Assembly: GCA_023230105.1 (NCBI GenBank)
Contig: JALNXY010000008.1
Coordinates: 28,185 to 92,184 of the forward strand
DNA: 64,000 nucleotides
Origin: Verrucomicrobiota bacterium
GTDB taxonomy: Bacteria; Verrucomicrobiota; Verrucomicrobiia; Limisphaerales; UBA1412
Direction of reading: 5' to 3'
Under the pieces are notes generated by a model. That model worked only from the letters and a program-made list of their open reading frames with translations, did no database searches and had not been told where the DNA came from. Shown in pieces: positions 8,013 through 16,970 of the stretch (position 1 is its first letter; each line of letters begins with the position of its first letter). The translations under genes were made by a program, and so were the position numbers.

Positions 8013-9386
8013 TTAGGAAGATAGAGGAGACAGTTCTTCCCAAAGATAAACGCTGGTAGCGACACCGTTGTCAAAGCACTCTAAACTGAACTTTTCGTTG
8101 GGCGAATGAGCGTTATCATCGGGTAAGCTTAGGCCTATCAGAAGGGCCTCCGCACCCAGTTTGCGTTTAAATTCCATTGTGATAGGTATGGACCCGCCTT
8201 CACGCATTATTGTTGGTTCCTGCTCAAAAGCTCGACCCAAAGCGCGAAGTGCAGCCTGTACTTTTGGACTGTCGGGCTCAACGATATAAGGGTCTCCGGC
8301 GTGGCCACGCACAATCCTGATGGAAACAGTTGGAGGACAAATATTTTCAATGTGTTTACATACTCTGTCCATAATCACATCTGCTTTTTGGTGAGGGACG
8401 ATGCGGCAGGTGATCTTTGCGCTGGCGACCGATGGGACAATCGTTTTGCTACCTGTGCCTTGGTATCCGCAGGTCAAACCGTTAATTTCCAGGGTAGGGC
8501 GGCAAGAACGGCGTTCCACTGTGGTGTAGCCTTCCTCGCCGAAGAGTTTTTTCAGTTTGAGGCTCTCTTTGTAGGATTCATCATTATGGGGCAGTTTTTT
8601 AAACTGTTCTCTCTCGTAAGGGGAGAGTGGCTCTACCTCATCATAAAAGCCGGGAACCGTGACTCTGCCTTGAGAATCATGCAAGCTTGAGATCATGGAA
8701 CAAAGAGCATGGGCCGGATTTTGCACGCCGCCACCGTGTATGCCGGAGTGTAAATCTCTATCAGGTCCTGTCAGGAATACTTCAAATGCCAAGACGCCGC
8801 GCAAAGCATAGGTAACGGCAGGACAGGTAATGGCGGGCATTCCCGTGTCGGAAATCACGACAGCTTCGCTGCGGAGGTCTGCAGCGTGCTCCTCAAGAAA
8901 TTGGCTCAGACTTCCGCTGCCGATTTCTTCCTCACCTTCCATCAGGAAAACAACGTTAAAAGGAAGTTCAGAACCTGTCTTGAGAATGCATTCTATGGCT
9001 TTGAGGTGAGTGAATAACTGCCCTTTATCATCCGAAGTGCCTCTGCCATAAATATTCCCCTCTTTAACAACAGGTTCAAACGGATTTTTAGTTTTCGTCC
9101 AGCCTTCCAGTGGTTCAACTGGTTGTACATCATAATGGCCATAAACCATGTAGGAACGCTTAGAGGCACTGTGAGGCGTTCGAGCAAGAACAATAGGGTG
9201 GCCTTTGGTTTGGTGAATTTCAACATTCAAGCCAATCGCTTTGCAGTGGTTTGATAGCCACTTTGCGCAGCGCTGCATATCTTCCTTATGCTCCGGTTGG
9301 GCCGAAACACTCGGGATACGTAGGAACTCCATAAGTTCCTCCAACATCCGTTCACGATTTTTTTTGAAATACTCTAATGGCTTCAT
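8013..9386 (-). CDS. M20/M25/M40 family dipeptidase
   Basis: YGHYDVQP, GRGTSDDKG, EGEEEIGS and AHSPNE metal-binding motifs. Confidence 0.92.
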   Translation of the reverse strand: MKPLEYFKKNRERMLEELMEFLRIPSVSAQPEHKEDMQRCAKWLSNHCKAIGLNVEIHQTKGHPIVLARTPHSASKRSYMVYGHYDVQPVEPLEGWTKTKNPFEPVVKEGNIYGRGTSDDKGQLFTHLKAIECILKTGSELPFNVVFLMEGEEEIGSGSLSQFLEEHAADLRSEAVVISDTGMPAITCPAVTYALRGVLAFEVFLTGPDRDLHSGIHGGGVQNPAHALCSMISSLHDSQGRVTVPGFYDEVEPLSPYEREQFKKLPHNDESYKESLKLKKLFGEEGYTTVERRSCRPTLEINGLTCGYQGTGSKTIVPSVASAKITCRIVPHQKADVIMDRVCKHIENICPPTVSIRIVRGHAGDPYIVEPDSPKVQAALRALGRAFEQEPTIMREGGSIPITMEFKRKLGAEALLIGLSLPDDNAHSPNEKFSLECFDNGVATSVYLWEELSPLSS

Positions 9387-12300
9387 TCCTGTTTACCTCT
9401 GATTCTATTAAAGAGACCGCCCAAAGAAGGTTTGTCTTTATTGGTGAGAGCATTGCCATCTGTTGTGTCGTTGGTTTCGGCCTCTTTTTTCTTGATACCC
9501 ACCAAACTACCCAAGCCTTCAGCAATTCCTTTTACCCCATTGGTGTTATTGGAATCGCCAACCAACAAACCTCCTACCTGGCCTACAATTTTGTTAGCAC
9601 CTTCGCCGACATCACCTACCGCACCAACGCCAGATTTTAACAACAATCCGGCTATGGCCACTTCATTCAAATTGATTTTATAGGCGGCTGGGGTTCCAGC
9701 AATTTTAACAAAGTCAGGCATCGCCAGGAATCCGATGTCGTTCGTTCTCACATTAATGGAAGACAGATTGGATTTTTCAGCCACTTTCGGCTCCAGATAG
9801 ATTGTCACAGGCAGGCTTAACGGGGTATTCATTAAGACTGGTTCCAGATTCATCGTGCCAGTTACGTCGGCTTCAAAAGCGTCGGTAACAACTCGGGCAG
9901 AATTGATGTTGAAAGTGCCGTTGGTGCCATTCATGCTCGCATACACGCCCAAAATAGGTGAATCTGCCAAATCACTTATCCGGAGCAACGTCAAGATAGG
10001 CGTCAGCGCGAGCTTATAGGCTGGGCTGATGGGGCGGAAGCTTACGTTGGTTAGTCCACACACATTTTGTAGAGCCAGATTCTTTTGAATGGCCCCCTCA
10101 GTGAGTCCGGAACCACTAATTGACCCAATTGCAAAGATATGGCCGCTGGCAAGTTCTCCCGGCATATCAGGTGCGAGGAAACTAAAAATAGGCGCTGCGG
10201 GAATAGAGGGTGCGTCATAATTGAGCGTGTACCGGTAGCCAGGATGATTTAAATCAGCCTGAGCAGAAAGCTTAGCATCGCCACCGTTGATATTTAGACT
10301 CTTTGAGGTTAGTCCTACCACATTTGTTTTTATGGAGATGTTCGCATTAAGATTGCTTGCAAACATTTGATCTAAATAAACAAGGCCCAAATCTAGATCG
10401 CATTCAAAATCTTTGACAGGTAAATCAATGGGTTGCGGTTCTGCCTTGGGGAAAGGTAAGGAATTATCCGAAGGAGTATTTGCGGGCTCCGTCGCGGCGA
10501 CAGCTTGTGCTTCGTCAGCCGTTTCAGGTGCGGACTTAAGCCAGGCGAGTTGAGGCGTAAAATCCATGGATTCCGACGTAACTTTTAGGCGTGAGGCTTG
10601 AGCCAGATTGGCATAAGCCACTTGACCGGTAACACCGATTTCATTTTTTGCGCGATCAGTAGGTTTCCACGCGACGTTCAGCTTCTGGATGTCCAATATG
10701 TTAGGATCCAACGCGATTTGATAATCTCCATTTACGAAGAAATCTTTAATATCCAACGTTTCACTCTGAAGAGTGAAACTGTCTGCCTTAAAGGTACCGA
10801 CAAGAGCGCTCTTACTCTGGTCTCGGGTGAGTTGTCCGGAAGCTTTAAGAGAGCCGGCTGCGGCATACTCCAGCAGGGTTACAGAGTTAAGATTGCATTC
10901 ACTTTCTACGTTAATTTTATTACCCGAGTCAGCCACATTTAGGTTGAGTAAACCATTTAATATTCCGGATGCCTGAGGGTCTTGTAACAGGCCTTTCCAA
11001 TCAGCCAGCTCCAAGTTCCAAACAACACTGAGTGCTGAATCCGGGGCAGCCTCACGCGGCGATGCCCCCCAACTTAACATGAGAGGTTTTGTCAGATCTG
11101 CGGTTAAAAACTTCTTTTCACCTACACTGCCTTTTGCATCGACCTCGTTAGCTTTGAGAATGCTCTTTTGAAGATCGGCACCAACGTCCAGATTAACTGT
11201 TAAAGAAAGCGGAGGTATTTCCTGAGCTCCGGTTAACTTGATATCTTTCAGACTTGTCTGATTCTTCAGTTCAAAAAGCGTAAGAGCATTGCTGGCCTTG
11301 ATGTTTCCGGACGAAGCAAAGAGAGCTTTCTCAAATTCAAGTCCCGCAGAACGTGAAAAAGTGTTGAGGATTTTCTGATCTACATTGGCAAGTGCGTAGT
11401 TCATGTTGACGGAAATATCCTTCAAATTCATTTTGAGGTCAGTTTCAAAAGAAGCTTGGGATCCTTCAGAGGCCATTTGGAGCGGAGCAACCATGAGAGT
11501 CACATCATCATTTTTTATAACGAGGCTCGTATCCAGCTTGGAAAGGACGACGTTCTCCAGATAAATGGCATCGACTTGAACTTTTCCAGTGAAATTCTTG
11601 ATGGGTAATACAATTGGACTTGTAGTCGCTGTAGAGCTTGTCGAAGAAGCTGTTCCAACATTTTTTTGAGAGTCTTGAGAGGTCTGAGTAGACAGCGCTT
11701 GAACCCAGTGCAAAATGGGCGTCAGGTCCAATCCATCTGATAACACATTTAAGGAAGAGGGAGTGCCTTCAGGAGAGAGGTCAAACTTACCCTTTATGTT
11801 GATGTTATTCTTCGCTTGGAGGGTAGGTGTAAAGCGGATATCCATGTTTTTGATTTCCAATGCTGGGGCCAGAGAAGCTTGTATTTCATAATCAGTGCGG
11901 ACCGTGAAATTCGTGATCCCTATATTGTCAATGGAGGCCTTGAGCTGGTTAACCTCCAGGTTGCCGGAGATTTGACTCGAGTTCTCTTCTAGCAGAAGGA
12001 GATTTTGCGAACGAATCTCCCCAGAGGCATGGTAACCCAATGTGGATATATCGGATAACGTCAAGCTGCTGGCACATTCGAGACGAGTGCCCTTTTCTTT
12101 GACTTCCATGTCAAAAGCAGTGATGAGTTGGCCAGAGGCACTCTCATCACCGATGAAACCTCTCCAATCGGCCAGATCTAAAGACAGCTTGCTATGGATA
12201 GAGGAGTCAACGGCTCCCTCAGGGGCGCTTTTGCCCCAACCCAGGAGGACCGGTTGGGAGATTTGCGTCGCGAGAAACTCTTTTTCCCCACGGAGTCCTT

Positions 12301-13450
12301 TTGCATAGAGCTTGGTGATATTGAGCGTTTGTTGCTCAAGATTTGCAGTCAAGTCCAAGTCTGATTCAAGGGAGACTACTTGAGTGGAGCTTTCTGCAGC
12401 CAGGACAAGATCAGTAATCTGGGTTTGGTTTTTGAGCTTATAAAGGTTTAAAGAGTCGGCAATCTCGAATGTTCCTTTGGAGTTGATTTTTGCGTTTTCG
12501 AACTTGACGCCAAATGGCTCTGAAAACTCGTTCAGGAAACGAGAATCGATTTTATCAACTTCGTAGTTCAGGAGTACGCCGAAATCTTCCAGATGGAGGG
12601 CTCCTTGGCTTGAGATGCTGGCGAGAGTATTGTTCTCCTGGTTGTAGCTAATAATCAACTTTTGGATTTCTTGCAGCGAGAGTGCCATATCAACTGTGAT
12701 ATTATGCTCCTTGGTTGGCTCGAACATACCCTGAGCGGAAGCTATATCCCAGCGGATAGGACCATTCAGAAGGCCCGGCATGAGCTCTTTGGTTAGTGGA
12801 AGATTGATTTCTGCGGAGAATGGGCCCGACATCTTTTCCTCAGGAGCTATCTTATAGTTAGACCCCATATAGAAGTCCATATCAGTGCTTAGAGCAACTT
12901 TGCCCGTAAGCTCGTTGCCTAAACCACCTCCGGTGACATTGACATTTCGCAGTTCAGCTCCCATCAAGGTGTCATCCTCGGCAATTTTTTTCCATTTAAT
13001 TAGGTAGTCTTGCACAGAGAGCTTCTCCAGGAGCAGATTCAAAGGCGGTTTGTTGGGATCAGATTCGCCCATGAGAGCCAGTATTGCAGCCAGGTTGCCT
13101 CCTTCCGGAGTTTGGACAATGTTAAGAGTCCCTTTTTCCAGAAGCAGTTCTTTGATGTTGAAAGAGGCAAAAGAAATATCCAGCTTATTGAGCTCTAATT
13201 TCAGAGCCTCGGCATCCAGAATCGTTTCCTCCCCGTTTGGGGTAACTTTCAAGTTCTTAATGGCCACATTCGAGAGTCCGCTGAGCTTAACCTCATCGGC
13301 CTTGATTTCCATTTTCAGAAAACTTCCTGCAATGGGCAAGACGACCTTGCAAATGAAAAATGAGCTCGTGAAGACGAAGTAACCTACGACAGCCAGCAGA
13401 GCCAAAGCTCCGGCTGCGATAGACAACCATTTTTTCCATTTCAATTTCAT
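9383..13450 (-). CDS. AsmA-like large periplasmic protein (putative lipid-transfer bridge)
   Basis: N-terminal transmembrane anchor followed by beta-strand-rich repeats and an AsmA-like C-terminal region; 4-nt overlap with the M20 gene. Confidence 0.72.
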   Translation of the reverse strand: MKLKWKKWLSIAAGALALLAVVGYFVFTSSFFICKVVLPIAGSFLKMEIKADEVKLSGLSNVAIKNLKVTPNGEETILDAEALKLELNKLDISFASFNIKELLLEKGTLNIVQTPEGGNLAAILALMGESDPNKPPLNLLLEKLSVQDYLIKWKKIAEDDTLMGAELRNVNVTGGGLGNELTGKVALSTDMDFYMGSNYKIAPEEKMSGPFSAEINLPLTKELMPGLLNGPIRWDIASAQGMFEPTKEHNITVDMALSLQEIQKLIISYNQENNTLASISSQGALHLEDFGVLLNYEVDKIDSRFLNEFSEPFGVKFENAKINSKGTFEIADSLNLYKLKNQTQITDLVLAAESSTQVVSLESDLDLTANLEQQTLNITKLYAKGLRGEKEFLATQISQPVLLGWGKSAPEGAVDSSIHSKLSLDLADWRGFIGDESASGQLITAFDMEVKEKGTRLECASSLTLSDISTLGYHASGEIRSQNLLLLEENSSQISGNLEVNQLKASIDNIGITNFTVRTDYEIQASLAPALEIKNMDIRFTPTLQAKNNINIKGKFDLSPEGTPSSLNVLSDGLDLTPILHWVQALSTQTSQDSQKNVGTASSTSSTATTSPIVLPIKNFTGKVQVDAIYLENVVLSKLDTSLVIKNDDVTLMVAPLQMASEGSQASFETDLKMNLKDISVNMNYALANVDQKILNTFSRSAGLEFEKALFASSGNIKASNALTLFELKNQTSLKDIKLTGAQEIPPLSLTVNLDVGADLQKSILKANEVDAKGSVGEKKFLTADLTKPLMLSWGASPREAAPDSALSVVWNLELADWKGLLQDPQASGILNGLLNLNVADSGNKINVESECNLNSVTLLEYAAAGSLKASGQLTRDQSKSALVGTFKADSFTLQSETLDIKDFFVNGDYQIALDPNILDIQKLNVAWKPTDRAKNEIGVTGQVAYANLAQASRLKVTSESMDFTPQLAWLKSAPETADEAQAVAATEPANTPSDNSLPFPKAEPQPIDLPVKDFECDLDLGLVYLDQMFASNLNANISIKTNVVGLTSKSLNINGGDAKLSAQADLNHPGYRYTLNYDAPSIPAAPIFSFLAPDMPGELASGHIFAIGSISGSGLTEGAIQKNLALQNVCGLTNVSFRPISPAYKLALTPILTLLRISDLADSPILGVYASMNGTNGTFNINSARVVTDAFEADVTGTMNLEPVLMNTPLSLPVTIYLEPKVAEKSNLSSINVRTNDIGFLAMPDFVKIAGTPAAYKINLNEVAIAGLLLKSGVGAVGDVGEGANKIVGQVGGLLVGDSNNTNGVKGIAEGLGSLVGIKKKEAETNDTTDGNALTNKDKPSLGGLFNRIRGKQE
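10320..12600 (-). repeat. Internal tandem duplication (~389 aa period) in the AsmA-like protein
   Basis: Matching anchors 1167 nt apart: GEKEFLATQISQPVLLGWG (12289) vs GEKKFLTADLTKPLMLSWG (11122); LNYEV vs MNYAL; LDLADWRG vs LELADWKG; PIVLPIKNF vs PIDLPVKDF. Confidence 0.8.
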
Positions 13451-13484
13451 AACAACACTCCTATAAAAACTAAGGGTGAATGTA

Positions 13485-15224
13485 CTACATTTCTTCCAAA
13501 GTTTCCAGCCCCAATGTATGCAGTCCCATCTGAAGCACCTTTGCAGTGAGGTGGCAGAGGACTAATCTTGAGGTCTTTTCGGAATCAATAGCTTTCAATA
13601 CAGGGCAATTTTCGTAAAAAGAAGCAAAAAGACCGGCCAGGTCGTAAAGATAATTACAAAGGATATTGGGGCGGGAATCCTCAGCCACCTGCTCTAAAGT
13701 GATCCCGAAAGAGAAGAGATGTTTTGCTAGAGAAAGTTCCTGGGGAGTTGAAAATATAAGGTCTTTATCTTCGATGGATTCCGGTTTAAAGGAAGAGGAA
13801 AACTCATCCTGATTCTTACGGAAAATGCTTCGTATTCTCGCGTAAGCGTACAAAAGATAGGGAGCCGTGTTCCCATTAAACGCAAGCATCTTGTCCCAGC
13901 TGAACTGGTAATCACTTTGGCGGCTGGGCAGGAGGTCGGCGTATTTCACGGCGCCAATGCCGACGACTCTTGCTATATTCCGGCGTGTTTCTTCAGGCAG
14001 GTCAGGGTTTTTCTCGGAGACGACAGACAAGGCGCGCTCCTCAGCTTCATTGAGAAGGTCTGCCAGTTTAATAACCTCCCCGGAGCGGGTTTTAAACGGT
14101 TTGCCATCGTTGCCTAAAATAGTACCGAACCAGACATGTACCAATTTAACATGGGTATTTCCCTTCCAGCGATTGAAGGTAGTAAAGATTTGCTTGAAAT
14201 GTAGTTGCTGGCGACCATCCGTGATGTAGAGAATTTGGTCAGGCTTCCAGTTCTGCGTGCGATACTCGAGCGTGGCCAAGTCAGTTGATGCGTAATTAAA
14301 AGCGCCATCCCGTTTCTGGACAATGGCAGGGTGGGGGGCCAATTCCGGTTTATCATCGAAGAAAACGACATAAGCTCCCTCGCTCTCGCGAGCAATTCCT
14401 TTAGCGACCAAGTCATCAACTACGCCCTTAAGTCTGTCGTTATAAAAGCTCTCACCCAGAGTATAATCAAAAGCAACCCCTAAACGGGAATAAAGGGTAT
14501 CGAATTGCGACTGAGAAAGCCTGACCATCTGCTGCCAGATTCCAAAATTTTCCGGGTCTCCGCTTTGAAGCTTTACCAGTTCTGCTCTAGCTTCTTCCAA
14601 AACAGTTTCATCTGCTTCCGTTGCGGCATTAACCAGTTTATAAAGCCTCTCCATCTCTCCAATGGGATCCTTTTCCAATGCAACTTTATCCAGGTGATTT
14701 TTCCAGCCCAGAAGGAGTTTTCCAAACTGGGTTCCCCAGTCTCCGATATGGTTGTCGCTGATGACGTTGTTGCCGATCAAACGGTGAAGTCGAGCGAGAC
14801 ATGAGCCCAGAACAGTCGAGCGAATATGCCCGACATGCATCGGTTTGGCTATGTTGGGGGAGCTGAAATCCAGGACGACCGACTGTGATACTTTTGCCCT
14901 ACGAACAAAAGGAGTTTCAGATTGACATGCGGCAGCGATGTTTTCTGTAATCGCCTGAGGCAGAATGTGAAAGTTAATAAACCCGGGGCCGGCCAGTTCC
15001 GCTTTAATATGGAGGCGTTCCAATGAAAGCTTTTCCAGGACGCTGGAAGCAAGCTGTCGGGGATTTAATTTTCTTTGCTTTGCAAGTGCTATAAGGGAGG
15101 ACGTCTGGTAGTCACCAAATCGCGTGTCGCGGCAGGGAAGTAAAATAACCTGAGAGAGGTCAGCATCCGGCAGCAAATCCTGAACGCATTCTCTGAGGCA
15201 AGATTCAAGCTGAGAATGAAGCAC
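13485..15224 (-). CDS. argS: Arginine--tRNA ligase
   Basis: FGDYQ, DFSSPNIAKPMHVGHIRST (HIGH-type), HIGDWGTQFG, GKPFKTRSG, GNTAPYLLYAYARI. Confidence 0.97.
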   Translation of the reverse strand: MLHSQLESCLRECVQDLLPDADLSQVILLPCRDTRFGDYQTSSLIALAKQRKLNPRQLASSVLEKLSLERLHIKAELAGPGFINFHILPQAITENIAAACQSETPFVRRAKVSQSVVLDFSSPNIAKPMHVGHIRSTVLGSCLARLHRLIGNNVISDNHIGDWGTQFGKLLLGWKNHLDKVALEKDPIGEMERLYKLVNAATEADETVLEEARAELVKLQSGDPENFGIWQQMVRLSQSQFDTLYSRLGVAFDYTLGESFYNDRLKGVVDDLVAKGIARESEGAYVVFFDDKPELAPHPAIVQKRDGAFNYASTDLATLEYRTQNWKPDQILYITDGRQQLHFKQIFTTFNRWKGNTHVKLVHVWFGTILGNDGKPFKTRSGEVIKLADLLNEAEERALSVVSEKNPDLPEETRRNIARVVGIGAVKYADLLPSRQSDYQFSWDKMLAFNGNTAPYLLYAYARIRSIFRKNQDEFSSSFKPESIEDKDLIFSTPQELSLAKHLFSFGITLEQVAEDSRPNILCNYLYDLAGLFASFYENCPVLKAIDSEKTSRLVLCHLTAKVLQMGLHTLGLETLEEM

Positions 15225-15236
15225 GTTCGTTAAGCG

Positions 15237-15716
15237 TCAAGAGGTTACTTGTGTAGGAGAGGAATAATTCTTGATCACTTCGAATATATCTTCCGCAGAG
15301 CGGGCCTCTTCGATAGCCTGGCGCATGTCTTTTCGGTGAAGCAGCCTGGCTATGTTCCCCAAAGTCTGGAGATGCTTTTGAAATTGCCCTTGCGGAACCA
15401 GGAAAAGGACGACAAATTTTACAGGTTGGTTATCTAATGCGTCGAAATTGATTCCTTTCGAGGATCGCCCGAACACACCAACAACTTCGTCAATCAACTG
15501 AGTAGAGGCATGAGGAAGGCCTACACCAAAACCAACGCCCGTACTCATGGAATTTTCACGCTTCTTGACCGCCTCAATAATCAGGGGTGCTTTTTCAGCA
15601 GAAATTTTACCACACTCAACAAGCTTGTGAATCAGTTCGTCGATAGCTTCCCAACGATTAGAGGAGCCCATCTGGGTAATAATCTGCTCGACAGATAAAA
15701 TACTTGACAGCGTCAT
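15237..15716 (-). CDS. Stand-alone PTS EIIA protein (fructose/mannitol/nitrogen-regulatory IIA family)
   Basis: KRE..MSTGVGFGVGLPHA with the phosphorylatable His; GINFDALDNQPV.FVVLFL. Confidence 0.88.
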   Translation of the reverse strand: MTLSSILSVEQIITQMGSSNRWEAIDELIHKLVECGKISAEKAPLIIEAVKKRENSMSTGVGFGVGLPHASTQLIDEVVGVFGRSSKGINFDALDNQPVKFVVLFLVPQGQFQKHLQTLGNIARLLHRKDMRQAIEEARSAEDIFEVIKNYSSPTQVTS

Positions 15717-15742
15717 AACGGCTTCTTTTTCTTCTATTTTTT

Positions 15743-15846
15743 AGAAATCTACTGGGTCAAGACCCTTGTGGGGGCGAGCGCAAAGCCACTCTGAACGTGA
15801 AACATTCCAGAGCATTGACGCGCACCTAGAGCCACCACGGCTTCCT
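15743..15846 (-). ncRNA. Candidate structured ncRNA, possibly a compact 6S RNA
   Basis: The minus strand folds by eye into one irregular rod: AGGAA/UUUCU and GGCUCU/AGGGUC closing stems, an asymmetric bubble, GCGC/GCGC, and a terminal hairpin GCUCUG-G-AAUGU-UUC-ACGUU-CAGAGU. Several G-U pairs work only on the minus strand, and a promoter-like element lies just upstream. Confidence 0.45.
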
Positions 15847-15849
15847 GCT

Positions 15850-15877
15850 ATTATTACCCTTGGAGCCGATTTGGCAA
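15850..15877 (-). promoter_or_regulatory. Putative promoter for the candidate ncRNA / ptsIIA-argS
   Basis: TTGCCA-16 nt-AATAAT; the same TCTTGCCAAA -35 context occurs in the tRNA-Leu promoter. Confidence 0.35.
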
Positions 15878-15910
15878 GAGGATTTACAAAAAACACCCTT
15901 TTGATTCATT

Positions 15911-16645
15911 CTAGGAGGATTGACAGCAGACCAATGTCCCCAGATCGGTATCTCCCAGAATAATTCGTTTCAGGTTTCCGGCCACAAAGGCATTGAAAAC
16001 AATAATGGGGATTTTATTTTCCCAACAGAGAGAGAAGGCCGCCGCATCCATGACGCCTAAGCGCAGGTTAATAGCTTGCTCGTAAGATATTGTTGAGAAT
16101 CGCTTGGCATTGGTGTTTTTACGAGGGTCTGAATCATAGATGCCGTCCACCTTCGTTGCCTTTAAAATAGCGTGAGCACCGATTTCATTAGCCCGGAGCG
16201 CTGCAGCAGTATCGGTTGAGAAGAAAGGATTACCTGTTCCACCTCCAAAAATGACCACGCGTCCTTTTTCCAGATGGCGAATGGCACGGCGGCGAATGAA
16301 TGGTTCAGCCACCTGAGCCATAGGAATTGCCGTTTGTACTCGGGTTGGAATTCCGAATTTTTCGAGGGAATCTTGAAGAGCCAACGCATTAATCACAGTA
16401 GCGAGCATCCCCATTTGGTCTCCTGTGACGCGTTCAATTCCTTTCTGGCTTCCGGCAAAGCCTCGGAAAATATTTCCACCTCCCACTACCACAGAGACTT
16501 CAACGCCAAGATTCCGAACTTGTTTGATTTCTGTAGCTACTTTCTGGATTGCTTCGGGGCTGATGCCAGAGCCGGTTTCGTTTCCTAAAGCTTCGCCGCT
16601 GAGTTTGACAAGAATCCGTTTATAAGTTGCTTGTGTGCTGTTCAT
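15911..16645 (-). CDS. pyrH: UMP kinase (start set at MNSTQATYKRIL; the track's longer start is unlikely)
   Basis: RILVKLSGEAL, VVVGGGNIFRG, GDQMGMLATVIN, GTGNPFFSTDTAAALRA, KATKVDGIYDSDP. Confidence 0.97.
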   Translation of the reverse strand: MNSTQATYKRILVKLSGEALGNETGSGISPEAIQKVATEIKQVRNLGVEVSVVVGGGNIFRGFAGSQKGIERVTGDQMGMLATVINALALQDSLEKFGIPTRVQTAIPMAQVAEPFIRRRAIRHLEKGRVVIFGGGTGNPFFSTDTAAALRANEIGAHAILKATKVDGIYDSDPRKNTNAKRFSTISYEQAINLRLGVMDAAAFSLCWENKIPIIVFNAFVAGNLKRIILGDTDLGTLVCCQSS

Positions 16646-16970
16646 AATTGATGGTGTGGAATAATTCTCATGTAAGGAGGCTGCCTTATAAGCCTCAACC
16701 AGTATCTTACAGGCGGTACTCTTTTTGCAAGTAGAATCAATAACAAGAAAGGTTTGTAGGGACAGACCCGGTTCACAAAAATAAAACAATCTGATAGAGA
16801 GTGTGTTAGATCGCTTAACAAGAATTATATGTTGTTTTTTTGCTTGTTATGCATTAAAATAGGCCACGTCTAGTAATGAGGTGTTTTTTGAAACACCCGT
16901 GGACTGAAAGAGTCTTCGTGAGTTGCGGAGGCTTTTTAGGAATACTATTACGATAAACTACTACACAATT

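Noticed and set aside
15743-15846. tRNA-Sec or SRP RNA reading of the intergenic RNA (GGAAG start, UUCA in a loop)
   Set aside because: No T-loop (GUUCGA), no CCA acceptor end and no SRP GGAA/GCAG domain-IV motif.
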